Source: an uncultured delta proteobacterium
Lineage (GTDB): Bacteria; Myxococcota; Myxococcia; Myxococcales; Myxococcaceae
Assembly (NCBI GenBank): GCA_963771175.1
Contig: CAVYSY010000024.1
Location: forward strand, 64,001-128,000
DNA length: 64,000 nt
Direction of reading: 5' to 3'
The notes beneath the pieces were generated by a model, which was given only the letters and a program-made list of their open reading frames with translations, was not told the origin of the DNA and did no database searches. This document shows positions 19,218 to 31,033 of this stretch, piece by piece. Within the stretch, counting starts at the first letter, position 1; each line of letters begins with the position of its first letter. Position numbers and translations under genes: made by a program.

Positions 19218-22200
19218 ATGACCTGGACCGAGGAATCGCTGAGAGCCGAGGGCTTCGAGAACCCGAAGCGCGCCACCAGGGAGCTCTCGGGGCTGGCGGC
19301 GACACTCGGAGCCCCCTCGGCCGAGCGGCTCCACGAGGCCGCGAAGCGGACCTCGGAGCCGGACGAGCTCATCGCGGCCTTCGACCGGAGCCGCGAGGGC
19401 CTCCAGGGTCTCCCCGAGCCCACCCTCTCGCGCCTGCTGGACTGGCTCCCGGCGGTCTTCCACACGAGCACCTTCGCCCCGCGCCTGCTGGCCACGCGTC
19501 CCGGCCTGCCGCGGTGGCTCGCGGGCTCCTGGACGCTGACGCGCGAGAAAACGAAGGAGCAGTACCGCCGCGAGGCCCTGGCCGCCACACGCCGGGCCCT
19601 CCCGACGGACGCGGAGGGCCTTCAGCGCCGCCTGCGCCGCTACAAGTACCGCGAGTTCCTCCGGCTCATGGTGCGCGACGCGGCCCTGCGAGCCCCCATG
19701 GCGGAGCTGGGCCGGGAGCAGTCCGCGCTGGCGGAGGCGCTCATCGGAGCCGCGCTGGCCTGGGCGGAGCGCTCCCTGCAGGCGAAGTACGGTACCCCGG
19801 ACACGCCGGGCTTCTGCATCCTGGGGATGGGGAAGCTGGGAGGCGAGGACCTCAACTTCAGCTCGGACGTGGACCTCATCTACCTGTACCGGGCGGACGG
19901 GCACACCACGGGAGGCACGGCGGGCGCACTGCCCAACGTGCAGTACTTCACCCGGCTGGGCGAGGCGGTGACGCAGGCGCTCACGAAGGTGACGGCGGAG
20001 GGCTTCTGCTACCGGGTGGACCTGAACCTGCGCCCACAGGGACGGGCGGGGGCCATGGTCCTCTCGCTGCCAGCGTCGCTGGCGTACTACGAGACGTTCG
20101 GGCGCACGTGGGAGCGGGCGGCGCTCCTCAAGGCACGGGCGGTGGCGGGAGACGCGACGCTCGCGGAGGAGCTGCTGAGCGAGCTGGAGCCCTTCATCTG
20201 GCGGCGCAGCCTGGACCTGTCGGCGGTGGACGGCCTGCGCGACATGAAGGTGCAGATCGACATGCGCGGCAAGGCGAGCGCGGATGACGTGAAGCTGGGG
20301 CCCGGAGGCATCCGCGAGGTGGAGTTCTTCGTCAACGCGCTCCAGCTGTTGCAGGGAGGCAAGGACCGCACCCTGCGCGAGCCGAGGACGATGCGGGCGC
20401 TGCGCAAGCTGGAGCGAGCGGGCTTCGTGTCGGGCCCGGACGCGGACGCGCTGGAGGAGGCGTACACGCTTCCTGCGGCGGGTGGAGAACCGACTCCAGA
20501 TGCTGGAGGAGCGGCAGACACAGGCACTGCCCACGGGCGAGCGCGAGCGCCGCCGGCTGGCCACCTCGCTCGGCTACCCGGACTGGGACTCCTTCCACGC
20601 CGAGCTGGAGAGACACCGGCGCTTCGTACTGGGAGGCCTTCAACACGCTGCTGGGCCAGACGGCGCGGGATGAAATCCCCGACGAGCCCCTCCTGGCGCT
20701 CGCGCTGGACCCGGACGTGCCGCCGGAGGAGCGCCAGGCGGCCCTGGAGAAGCGGGGCTTCGAGGACCCCGAGCGGGCCCTGGCCGAGCTGGAGCGGCTG
20801 GCGCGGGTGCCCGACTCCCCCTTCGCGCACGGGGGCGTGAAGGCGGTGCGCCTGCTGTCGGAGCTGGCGCAGACGCCGGATCCGGACCAGGCGCTGTTGC
20901 ACTTCTCGGACTTCCTCGCGCGGCTGCACCAGCCCGAGGGCTACCTGGCACTGCTGACGAGCATGCCGAGGGCGAGCCGCCGCCTCTTCAACCTCTTCGG
21001 GCAGAGCGACTACCTCTCGCGCATCTTCCTGCGGCACCCGGAGCTGCTGGACGCGCTGGTGCAGGCGCAGCTCGACGAGGCACTGAAGTCCCCCGAGCGC
21101 ATCCGGCAGGAGCTGGGGGCACGGCTGGCTCGGCACGCGGACCCGGAGGAGAAGCACGCGGCGATGCCGCGCTTCAAGAACGAGGAGCTGCTGCGCATCG
21201 GGCTCAACGACATTGGCGGAGACCTGTCGGTGCCGGAGGTGGCCGAGCAGCTCACGGCGGTGGCGGACGCCATCCTCGACGAGTGCCTCTTCCTGGCGTT
21301 GCAGGAGCAGCGCGAGCGCTATGGCCAGCCACTCGACGCGAGCGGGCAGCGCGAGGGGCTGGTGGTCATCGCCATGGGGAAGCTCGGCGGGTACGAGCTG
21401 GGCTACCACTCGGATCTGGACCTCATCTTCGTCTACAGCGGCAACGGCCAGGCGGAGACGAGCGGGGGCAGCCGAGGCCCCCTCACCCACCACGAGTACT
21501 TCGCCAAGGCGGTGCAGCGGCTGATGACGCTGCTCCAGGTGCAGCTGCGCGAGGGGCACCTCTACAAGATCGACGCGCGACTGCGCCCCTCGGGCAACCA
21601 GGGAGCGCTGGTGGTGAGCCAGGACACCCTGCGCGAGCACCACCAGAAGCGGGCGCAACTGTGGGAGCGGCAGGCGCTCATCAAGGCCCGACCGGCGGCG
21701 GGAGACGCCACACGATTCCAGGCCCTGCGCGAGCAGCTCCTCACCCCACTCGTCTACGAGCGTCCCCTGCCCCCGGACGCGGCGGCGGAGATCGACCGGC
21801 TGCGCACGCGCATGGAGCGCGAGCTGGCCCACGAGAACGCGCAGCAGCTCAACCCGAAGCTGGGCCAGGGTGGACTGGTGGACGTGGAGTTCACCGTCCA
21901 GTACCTGCAACTGGTGCACGGCCGGGAGCACCCCCGGGTGCGGAGCACCAATACCCTGGCGGCGCTGGAGGGCCTGCAGGCCGAGGGCTGCCTCTCCCCC
22001 GAGGACGCCGAGACGCTCCGCCAGGGCTACCTCTTCCTGCGCCGGGTGGAGAACCGGCTGCGGCTCATCCACGCCAGCTCCCTGGAGCACATGCCCACCA
22101 GCGGCCGACCCCTGGCTCAGCTCGCACGCCGGCTGGGCGTCCTCGGCACCGAGCCGGGAGAAACGTTCCTCGGCCAATATCGAGCGTGCGCCATGCGCGT

Positions 22201-22240
22201 ACGGGACGTGTATGCTCGGGTACTTCGCGCCTCTCCTTGA
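19218..22240 (+). CDS. glnE: Glutamine synthetase adenylyltransferase GlnE (apparent frameshifts near 20470 and 20635)
   Basis: Two nucleotidyltransferase domains: GMGKLGGEDLNFSSDVDL / WERAALLKAR / VKLGPGGIREVEF and AMGKLGGYELGYHSDLDL / WERQALIKAR / KLGQGGLVDVEF. Confidence 0.92.
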
Positions 22241-22258
22241 GTCTGGTCCCCGCCGCCC

Positions 22259-23680
22259 GTGCTGCTGAAGCAACGCTTTCAAATCCTCCGGCCGCTCGAA
22301 GAGATGGAGCTGGCCCTGGTCCGCGCGGCGGTGGACTCGCCGTCGCTGCTGGACTCGCGCGAGGAGACGGTCCTGCGCACCGCGCTGTCCCTGGCGCGCC
22401 TCTACAAGGTCCGCCACGAGGGCCATGACCATTCCGTGGAGAACTGGACCGCCCCCTTCCGCGAGGACGTCTCCCGGCGGCTCGGTCCGATGCTGCTCGG
22501 CAACCGGCGGCTCACCCGCGACCAGCTCGTGCCGCACGTGCGCGACCTGCGCGGCCACACCCTGAAGCTGCGCGACGAGCTCGTCCACCGCCTGCACGGA
22601 CAGGTGCCCGAGGAGATCCTCCACCGCGAGCTGCGGCACAAGTCGCTGGTGGTGGTGGCCGCCGGCGGCGGGGGCTCGGCCTACGTGTACATGGGGGTGA
22701 TGAGCCTGCTGGACGAGCACGGCCTGAAGCCGTCGCTGCTGGCGGGCACCTCCATGGGGGCCATCCTGATGTTGATGCGCTCGCGGATGGCGCGCTTCGA
22801 CGAGTCGGAGCTCGTGGGCATCATCCGCAGCCTGTCCTGGCGGAAGCTCTTCCGGTTCATCTCCACGGAGAACCGCTACGGGCTGCCGGCGGCGCTGCGC
22901 CTGTTCCTGCGCGCGGGACTGGGCCGCTACTTCAACGCGGGGCCGGTGGGCCAGGAGGGAGGCATGCGGCTGAAGGATCTGCCGGTGCCCATCCTCGTCG
23001 CGGTGGGAGGCATCCGGCGGGGGATGCTGCCGCGCCCCCTCGAGTACTACGAGCGCCTGCTGGGCACGAGCCCGGTGAGCCTGCTCAGCCCCGCGGGCGT
23101 GGCGCGCCGCCTCCAGGCGGTGATGGGCACGCTGGCCGAGTTCTTCACCCGGCCGGAGATCATGGTGAAGCTCCACCTGGGCGCGGACGCGACGACGGCG
23201 GGCTTCGACGCGATCGACGCCGCGGGCTTCTCCTCGGCGCTGCCCGGCGTCATCCACTACGACGTGCTGCGCGACGACGCGCACATGCGCGGCCTGTTGG
23301 ACGGACTGATGGAGGAGAAGGGCATCTTCCGGCTCATCGACGGGGGGCTGGTGGACAATCTCCCGGTGAAGGCGGCCTGGAAGGCGGTGCACCACGGCAA
23401 CATCGGCACGCGCAACGTCTTCATGCTCGCGCTGGACGGCTTCGCCCCCCGGCTGAGCACGCCCTTCTGGTTGCCGCTGCAACGGCTCGCGGCGATGACG
23501 GTGGCGCCCAACCTCCCCTACGCGCACCTCGTGAAGCGCTTCGGCCCCACCCTCTCGCCCCTGGAGCTGGTGCCCTCGGTGCAGCTCGCCACCAAGGCCA
23601 TGCACCTCGGCCGCAAGCAGCTCCGCGCGGAGATGCCGTTCTTGACGCGGATGCTCGCCCCCCTCCCTCACCTGGGCTGA
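22259..23680 (+). CDS. Patatin-like phospholipase
   Basis: Gly-rich AAGGGG, nucleophile GTSMG, DGG motif (IDGGLVDNLPV). Confidence 0.85.
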   Translation: MLLKQRFQILRPLEEMELALVRAAVDSPSLLDSREETVLRTALSLARLYKVRHEGHDHSVENWTAPFREDVSRRLGPMLLGNRRLTRDQLVPHVRDLRGHTLKLRDELVHRLHGQVPEEILHRELRHKSLVVVAAGGGGSAYVYMGVMSLLDEHGLKPSLLAGTSMGAILMLMRSRMARFDESELVGIIRSLSWRKLFRFISTENRYGLPAALRLFLRAGLGRYFNAGPVGQEGGMRLKDLPVPILVAVGGIRRGMLPRPLEYYERLLGTSPVSLLSPAGVARRLQAVMGTLAEFFTRPEIMVKLHLGADATTAGFDAIDAAGFSSALPGVIHYDVLRDDAHMRGLLDGLMEEKGIFRLIDGGLVDNLPVKAAWKAVHHGNIGTRNVFMLALDGFAPRLSTPFWLPLQRLAAMTVAPNLPYAHLVKRFGPTLSPLELVPSVQLATKAMHLGRKQLRAEMPFLTRMLAPLPHLG

Positions 23681-23761
23681 CGAGTTACTTTGAATTAAAA
23701 CAATCTCCTGGGAGAATCCCCCCGCGTTCTTCCCCCCTTCCCGACCAAGAGGTCCCCCCAC

Positions 23762-24709
23762 ATGAGTTCCACCTCCTCCGGCGTCCTACGCTCCGACCAG
23801 ATCTGGCTCGATGGAAAGCTGGTCAAATGGGAGGAAGGCCAGGTCCACGTGATGACCCACGCCCTGCACTACGGCCTGGGGGTCTTCGAGGGCATCCGGG
23901 CCTACCGCACGCACGACGGCCGACTCGCGGTGTTCCGCCTGCGCGAGCACATCGAGCGCCTGCTCGACTCGGCCCACATCGTGATGATGAAGCTCCCCTA
24001 CACGGTGGAGCAGCTCATGGAGGGGTGCCTGGAGTTGCTGCGCAAGCAGCGGGACCAGTTCGCCAACGGGGCCTACCTGCGCCCCATCGCCTTCATGGGT
24101 GACGGAGCCATGGGCCTGGGCGCCATCAACCCCACCCGCGTGGCCGTCACCGCCTGGGACTGGGGCGCGTACCTCGGGGACAAGGGCATCCGCGAGGGCA
24201 TCCGCGCCAAGGTGAGCTCCTACACCCGCATGCACGTGAACGTGAACATGGTGCGCGGGAAGATCTCCGGCCAGTACGTCAACTCCATCCTCGCCAAGCG
24301 CGAGGCCGTGCTCGCCGGCTACGACGAGGCCATCCTCCTGGACATCAGCGGCTTCGTGGCCGAGGCCTCCGGCGAGAACCTCTTCCTCGTCAACAAGAAG
24401 GGCGTCATCAAGACTCCGCCCCTCTCCTCCCCCATCCTCGACGGCATCACCCGCGACTCGGTGATCCGCATCCTGCGCGACTCCGGCCGGCACGTGGAGG
24501 AGGTGACCGTCACCCGCGACGCCCTCTACATCGCCAACGAGGTCTTCTTCACCGGCACCGCCGCGGAGATCACCCCGGTGCGCGAGGTGGACAACCGCCA
24601 GGTGGGCACCGGCAAGCCCGGTCCCATCACCCAGTTCGTCCAGGAGACCTACTTCCGCGCCGTCCGGGGCCAGGAGCCGCGCTACGCCGAGTGGCTCACC
24701 TACGTCTGA
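23762..24709 (+). CDS. ilvE: Branched-chain amino acid aminotransferase
   Basis: HALHYGLGVFEGIRAY, KISGQYVNS, EASGENLF, ILDGITR, FTGTAAEITP. Confidence 0.95.
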   Translation: MSSTSSGVLRSDQIWLDGKLVKWEEGQVHVMTHALHYGLGVFEGIRAYRTHDGRLAVFRLREHIERLLDSAHIVMMKLPYTVEQLMEGCLELLRKQRDQFANGAYLRPIAFMGDGAMGLGAINPTRVAVTAWDWGAYLGDKGIREGIRAKVSSYTRMHVNVNMVRGKISGQYVNSILAKREAVLAGYDEAILLDISGFVAEASGENLFLVNKKGVIKTPPLSSPILDGITRDSVIRILRDSGRHVEEVTVTRDALYIANEVFFTGTAAEITPVREVDNRQVGTGKPGPITQFVQETYFRAVRGQEPRYAEWLTYV

Positions 24710-24776
24710 CCCCTGAGCGAACAGGAACTCGGGAGACGTACCGGAAGGGGGGCGGATCGGCTAGAAACGGGGTCCG

Positions 24777-26111
24777 ATGCGCCTCGAGTACGCCGCCACC
24801 CCCAATCCGTTCAATCTCGAGAACCCGACCATCCTCGACGTCGCTCCGCCGGAGCCCAAGTCGCTGGAGGAGACGGGGCTGAAGATCGGCCTGCTGTCGG
24901 ACATCGCCCTCCGGTACCTGTACTACTCGGGAACCGGAACGGGCATGGACATCGCCCAGGAACTGCGGCTGCCCTGGCCCGGCGTCATCGAGCGCGTGGT
25001 GGACTTCCTCACCGCCGAGAAGCTCGTGGACCTCCGGGGCGGCAAGGGCTTCGGCCGCGCCTCGGTGGACTTCGTCCTCACCGAGAAGGGCCGCGAGTAC
25101 GCGCGCGGTGCCATCGAGCGCAGCACCTACGTGGGCCCCGCCCCCGTCCCCATCGAGCAGTACAACGCCGTCATCACCGCGCAGCAGGAGGAGAACCCCG
25201 TCATCAGCCGCGAGGACCTGGTGATGGGCCTGGCCCACCTCACCGTCTCCGCGGACCTGATGGACAAGCTGGGGCCGGCGGTGAACTCCAGCCGCTCGCT
25301 CTTCCTCTACGGCCCCCCGGGCAACGGCAAGACGAGCCTCGCCGAGGCCATCAGCCGCATGTTCGGCGGCGAGGTCTTCATCCCCCACTGCCTGGAGATC
25401 GACAACCAGATCATCAAGGTCTTCGACATCCTCAACCACACCGCCGTCCCGCTCGAGTCCGAGCGCGACGGCTCGGGCCGTCGGCAGACCTTCGAGATGG
25501 ACAACCGCTGGCTGCTCTGCCGACGTCCGGCCGTGGTGGTGGGCGGCGAGCTGACGCTGGAGACGCTGGACCTCATCTACTCGCCCACGGCGCGCTTCTA
25601 CGAGGCCCCGTTCCAGGTGAAGGCCAACGGCGGGATGCTCCTCATCGACGACTTCGGCCGCCAGAAGGTCCACCCCACGGACCTGCTCAACCGGTGGATC
25701 GTCCCCCTGGAGAAGCGGATCGACTTCCTCACCCTCCACACGGGCAAGAAGTTCGAGATCCCCTTCGATCAGCTCCTCGTCTTCTCCACCAATTTGGACC
25801 CCAAGGAACTGGTGGACGAGGCCTTCCTGCGCCGCATCAAGTACAAGATCGAGGTCTCCAACCCGGACGAGGAGACCTACCGGGAGATCTTCGCCCGGGT
25901 GTGCGAGGCGGCGGGCATCCCCTACGTGGAACAGGCCGTCACCTACCTCATCGAGCACTACTACAAGCCGAGGAACATGCAGATGCGTGCCTGCCACCCG
26001 CGCGACCTGGTGCAGCTCATCAAGGACGCCGCCCGCTACCGGCAGATTCCCCCGGCGCTCTCCAAGGATCTGCTCGACCAGGCGTGCGAGGTCTTCCTCG
26101 TCAGCTTGTAG
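24777..26111 (+). CDS. AAA+ ATPase of unknown function with N-terminal winged-helix-like region
   Basis: Walker A GPPGNGKT, Walker B LLIDDFGRQ, FSTNL, DEAFLRRI. Confidence 0.85.
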   Translation: MRLEYAATPNPFNLENPTILDVAPPEPKSLEETGLKIGLLSDIALRYLYYSGTGTGMDIAQELRLPWPGVIERVVDFLTAEKLVDLRGGKGFGRASVDFVLTEKGREYARGAIERSTYVGPAPVPIEQYNAVITAQQEENPVISREDLVMGLAHLTVSADLMDKLGPAVNSSRSLFLYGPPGNGKTSLAEAISRMFGGEVFIPHCLEIDNQIIKVFDILNHTAVPLESERDGSGRRQTFEMDNRWLLCRRPAVVVGGELTLETLDLIYSPTARFYEAPFQVKANGGMLLIDDFGRQKVHPTDLLNRWIVPLEKRIDFLTLHTGKKFEIPFDQLLVFSTNLDPKELVDEAFLRRIKYKIEVSNPDEETYREIFARVCEAAGIPYVEQAVTYLIEHYYKPRNMQMRACHPRDLVQLIKDAARYRQIPPALSKDLLDQACEVFLVSL

Positions 26112-26251
26112 AAGATCGACAGGTGTATCGTTTTAATTGTCCTAAACGCCCGGAATTTCTACAATCCAGAGTACGTTGTCCCCGCCGGTCCGGCTCTTCC
26201 GGTCTGACCCACCGGTCATGCCGGGAGCCGGTGCGAAGGAGCGTCAAGTCC

Positions 26252-27090
26252 GTGAAGGAACGCTACCAAGATATCGACGAGAAGAACGAGACCCTGCGCG
26301 ACTACCTGGGCATTTTCAAGGACAGGTCCAAGGACTTCCTTGAGCAGTTCGAGATGTCGTGGATCTACCACGACGCGGCGCTCGAAGGGACGGTGTACAC
26401 GCAACAGGAGTTGCTGTCGGCGTTGTTCCCCGAGCGGGCCAGCATGGACCCGGCGATGATCCCGGTGGTGCTGGAGATCCGCAACCACAAGGCCGCGTGC
26501 GACTACATCCGCGAGGAGGCCACGGCCACCGGCAAGAAGCAGACGCAGATCACGCTGACCACCATCAAGCGGATCCACGATCTGCTGTGTGGCAACACGC
26601 CCGAGGCGCAGGCGATCCGCGCCAACATCGAGCGGCGGGAGCGAACGGAGAAGGAGCTGGCCAAGGAGCGAGACCGCAGTGGCTACCGCAAGGACATGCC
26701 CCTGCACCGCACCTACTTCCACGAGATCGCCCAGCCCGCGAAGATCCAGCCCCTGCTGGAGAAGCTGGTGGACTACACCGGCACCGCCGAGTTCCGCGAG
26801 TTCCACCCCATCAAGCAGGCGGCGATGGTCCAGCACAGGTTCATGCAGATCTTCCCCTTCACGGAGAACAGCGGGAAGGTCGGCCGGATGCTCACCAACC
26901 TGGTGCTGCTGCGCAACGGGTACATGCCGGCGATCATCCACTCCATCGATCGGCAGCGGTACTACGAGTCCCTACGCGGCGCCGAGGGCGTGTTCCGCGC
27001 CCTGTTGATGGATGCCATCGAGAACTCGCTCGACAACGGCGTCAAGTACTTCAGGGACCTGAGCCGCCGTTACAAGGCCATCACAACTAG
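26252..27090 (+). CDS. Fic-domain protein with non-canonical active site (stop probably TAG 27088-27090 after an indel; 27133 as read)
   Basis: WIYHDAALEG, TIKRIHDLL, HPIKQAAMVQHRFMQIFPFTENSGKVGRMLTNLVL; GTG start at 26252. Confidence 0.8.
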
Positions 27091-27093
27091 CCT

Positions 27094-27476
27094 GTGCGGG
27101 TCGGGGCTCACGAATCCATCGCCGGAGGCGTGAGCCGGGCCCTGCGCGAGCCGGTGGCGCTTCCGAGCACCTGACGGAAGCGCCGCTCCCGGACGAGGGA
27201 GACGGGGACGCCTGGGCATCTGTCTGTCTGGACACCTGCCATCTGTTCGCGGCCGGGTACGACTTGTCGACGAATGCCGGTTACGATGAGGCGATGACCG
27301 CGTGTGACCGGGCAGTGGGGCTGGAGGTGGGCAAGGGAGCGATCGGGCTCACGCCTTTCCGCCGCCTCACGAAGGATCCACGGTTCGTCAACCCCCTAGG
27401 AATCCTGGAGACGCCTTTTCCGGAGCGTTACGCAGAAGCCATCGAGCTTCTCGAATCGCTCGGCCGGAGGAAGTAA
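27094..27476 (+). pseudogene. nfo: Endonuclease IV (deoxyribonuclease IV) remnant with large internal deletions
   Basis: N-terminus MRVGAHESIAGGVSRA at 27094, then fragments resembling GWRFEHL and GICLDTCHLFAAGYDL, then VGKGAIGLTPFRRL...ILETPFPERY; only about 380 bp versus roughly 850 bp expected. Confidence 0.8.
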
Positions 27477-27487
27477 ACAGCGCACCC

Positions 27488-28617
27488 ATGCCTGCTACAC
27501 CGACAGCCAACAGCCGCAGATCGACGCCCGGAGGCGGAGAGGGTACGGAGCCTCCGGAACCGCGCCTCGCACACCTGCCGGCGCGAGCCAAGCTGGAGCG
27601 GCTGCTGCGGGTGGCCAAGGGCCACAAGAAGCTCCTGGTTCTCACCCACGACAATCCGGATCCGGACTCCATCGCGGCGGCGGTGGCGCTGGCCCACCTG
27701 CTGAAGGAACGGGCGGGTGTGGAGGGGGCCCGGGTCGGCTACGGCGGCATCATCGGCCGGGCGGAGAACATCGCCTTCGTGAAGGTGCTCCGCCTGCCCG
27801 TCACCCCCATCGCCCAGCTCGACTTCGACGAGTACGATCTGCTGGCGCTGGTGGACACGCAGCCCCCCACGGGCAACCACGCCATTCCCCCGCGGCTGCG
27901 AGGCGAGGTGGACATCGTCATTGATCACCACCCGCTGCGCGACAAGAGCCTCGAGGCGCCCTTCGCGGACGTGGGCGGCGACTTCGGCGCCACCTCGACG
28001 ATGCTGGCGGAGTACCTGCGCGCCGCGCGGCTGGAGCCTTCGGTGGAGGTGGCCACCGCGCTCTTCTACGGCATCAAGGCGGACACGCGGGACCTGGGCC
28101 GCGAGACGACCCAGACGGACATCGACAGCTACCTGTGGCTGTTCCCGCGGATGGACAAGCAGCTCCTGGGCCAGATCGAGCACCCGGAGCTGCCCGCGCG
28201 CTACTTCCAGCTCTACCACACGGCCTTCGAGCGGGCGAAGGTGTACGGGGACACGGCCATCGTGACGGACCTGGAGGAGGTCTACTCCCCGGACATGGTG
28301 GCCGAGGTGGCCGAGCGGCTGATGTTCCTCGAGGGGATGAAGTGGTCGCTGGCGTACGGCACGTACCGCAACCAGCTCTTCCTGTCGCTGCGGGTGAAGG
28401 ACCGGCGCATGAACGCGGGCCGGCTCATCCGGGAGATCTGCGAGGACCTCGGCGGCTCGGCGGGTGGCCACGGCAGCATGGCGGGCGCGCGGATTCCGCT
28501 GTCGGGACGAGCCGCGCAGCGCAAGGCGTTCAAGCGCGAGCTGGTGCGCCGCTTCCTCGAAGCCTTCGGAGTGGCGGACGAGCGTCCGGTGGCGCTGCTG
28601 TCCGCGCCACGCCGTGA
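27488..28617 (+). CDS. DHH family phosphoesterase (NrnA-like); 3' end affected by an apparent indel
   Basis: THDNPDPDS, LVDTQ, IDHH, GIKADT, GGHGSMAG; TGA at 28615 overlaps the next GTG. Confidence 0.87.
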
Positions 28618-29759
28618 TCTACTGGGACTACAACGCGGCCGCGCCGCTGCGGCCGGAGGTGGCCACGCTGCTGGCGCGGGCCTTCTCCGAGGGCGGCTCG
28701 GGGCAATGCCTCCAGCGTGCACCGGCAGCGGGCGCGACGCCCGGGCGCGCCTGGACGCGGCGCGCGCGCGGGTGGCGCGCGTGCTGGGCTGCGAGCCGAA
28801 GGAGGTGTGCTTCACCGGCTCGGGCTCGGAGTCCGACGCGCTGGCGCTGAAGGGCGCCTTGCTCGCGCGGCCGGACGCCGGCGGCGGCGCGTCGTCGCCT
28901 CGGCCATCGAGCACCCGGCGGTGCTGGCCGCGCTGAAGCAGCTGGAGGCGCTGGGCGCGGAGGTGGTGCGGGTGCGCCCGGGGCCCGACGGCCGGGTGCC
29001 GCTGGAGGCACTGCTCGAGGCGCTGACCCCGGACACCGCGCTGTGCTCGCTGATGTGGGCGAACAACGAGACGGGCGTGGTGCAGCCGGCGCGCGGAGCT
29101 GGCCCGGGCCTGCCGGCAGCGGGGCATCCTCTTCCACACGGACGCGGTGCAGGCGGCGGGAAAGCTGCCGCTGCAGCCTGCGCGAGGTGGACGCGGACCT
29201 GCTCTCGCTGTCGGCGCACAAGTTCGGCGGACCGCCGGGCGTGGGCGTGCTGGTGGTGCGCGGGGCGCTCGCGCTGCAGCCGCTGACGCCGGGGCACCAG
29301 GAGGCGGGCCGGCGCGGCGGCACGCACAACGTGCCCTACGTGGAGGCGCTGGCGCTGGCGCTGGAGCTGGCCCAGGCCGAGCAGCCGGCGCACGCGGCGC
29401 GGGTGGAGCGCCTGCGCGACACGCTTCGAGCGCGAGGTGCGCGCGCGCATCCCGGCGTGACGCGTGAACGGCGGCGGGCGCGCCCCGGGTGCCCAACACC
29501 AGCAACCTGTACTTCGAGGGCGCGGACGGCGAGGCGCTGCTCATCGCACTGGACCTGGAGGGCATCAGCGTCTCCGTCGGGCGCCGCGTGCGCCTCGGGC
29601 TCGCTGACGCCCTCGCACGTGCTGCGGGCGCAGGGGCTGAGCGAGGCGCAGGCCCGCGCGAGCCTGCGCTTCTCGCTGGGGCCCGAGGCGAGCGAGGACG
29701 AGGTGGCGCGGGTGGTCGCCGCGCTGAGCACGCACGTGCCGGCCGCGCGCGCCCCGTAG
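28614..29759 (+). CDS. Cysteine desulfurase (IscS/NifS family), multiple apparent frameshifts
   Basis: [66 protein letters not shown] spread across frames. Confidence 0.85.
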
Positions 29760-29769
29760 CCTGAAAGCG

Positions 29770-29958
29770 CTACCAGTCCTGGTCGGGCAGCTTGTCCTGG
29801 CGCACCTCGGGAGGCGGCTCGCCGTAGCCGGGCTCGCCGTCAGCGGCTCCTCGTGAGGTCTCCTTGCGGTGCTCCTGCTCGGGCGGCCTGAGACGCGGCG
29901 CTCGGCCTCCTTGCGCGGGGCCTGCTCGGGCTCGGGGTTCTGGGTCTTCGGGGGCCAT
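29770..29958 (-). CDS. Small charged hypothetical protein (frameshifted)
   Basis: AGGAGG upstream of ATG at 29958; ends GEPGYGEPPPEVRQDKLPDQDW. Confidence 0.45.
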   Translation of the reverse strand: MAPEDPEPRARAGPAQGGRAPRLRPPEQEHRKETSRGAADGEPGYGEPPPEVRQDKLPDQDW

Positions 29959-30076
29959 TCGTGGGTCCTCCTGGCGCCCAAAGCTCGGCACGCCCGCGGG
30001 CCGCGCGCAGCCGCACCGCGCCCGGGCAGCGGAGCGGCGGCCTCCCTCACGCGCTCCCCACGGGGCAGGCGGCCGC

Positions 30077-31029
30077 TCAGCCCTCGTCGCTGGTGCCGAA
30101 GAGCCCGCGCACCAGGGCGGCGATGGCCAGCGGCGTGCCCACCCGCTCGTCGAAGTGCGGCGTGAGCGCCTCGGCGTAGGCCTCGGCCGCGGAGGGGAAG
30201 CGGTCCTCGACCCGCGCGGCGAAGCCCCGTGCGATGACGGCCTCCAGGGCCTCGGGAAGCTCCGGGCGCAGCAAGCTGCGGCGGGCGGTAGGCGCGGGCG
30301 CGGATGGCGTCGAAGACGGCCTCCGGGGTGGGGCCGGTGAAGGGGCGCTCGAGCGTGAGCAGCTCGTAGAGCACGACGGTGGCGGCCCAGAGATCCAGCT
30401 GCGGCCCGACCTCGCCCTGCAGCGCCTCGGGCGAGAGGTAGTAGGGCTTGCCCAGCACCTCGCCGCCCGAGAGCGCGCTGCCCACGCGCACGCGGGCCAC
30501 GCCGAAGTCGCCCAGCTTGATGTCCCCCAGGCGCGAGATGAAGACGTTGGAGGGCGAGACGTCGCAGTGCACGATGCCCAGCGGCTCGCCGCCGGGGACC
30601 GCGCGCGCCCGTGCGCGTAGGCCAGCGCCTCGAGCAGCACCTTGGCCAGGTAGACCCCGAAGTCCACGGGCAGGGGATGCCGCGCGCCTTGCAGCGGCGC
30701 AGGATCTGGCCCAGGTCGCGCCCGTCCACCAGCTCCATCACGATGAAGTACTGGCCGTCCACGCGCGCCCACCTCGAGCACGCTGGACGATGTTGGGGTG
30801 CGTCGAGCTGCTGGGTGAGGTCGGCCTCGCCGAGTGAAGCGCACCACCGTGTCCGCGTCCTCGGTGAGCGGCGGGCAGCAGCCGCTTGAGCGGCCACCGT
30901 CCAGCCCTGGCGCGGCCCGGAGCGCACGCGCGCCCGGAAGACCTCGGCCATGCCCCCCTTGCCGAGCTTCGACAGGATCTCGTAGTTGCCGAGGAGCCGG
31001 GGGGCCCGCGACGTGGAAGAGGTGCTCAC
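30077..31029 (-). CDS. Serine/threonine protein kinase (multiple apparent frameshifts)
   Basis: LGKGGMAEVF, IVMELVDG, HCDVSPSN, KLGDFG, GKPYYLSPE, DLWA. Confidence 0.88.
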
Positions 31030-31033
31030 GCGC

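Noticed and set aside
20087..23761. 1224-aa minus-strand ORF
   Set aside because: Antisense shadow of glnE and patatin
27488..28936. Apparent DHH-desulfurase fusion (482 aa)
   Set aside because: Produced by indels; the desulfurase has its own GTG start at 28614 overlapping a TGA
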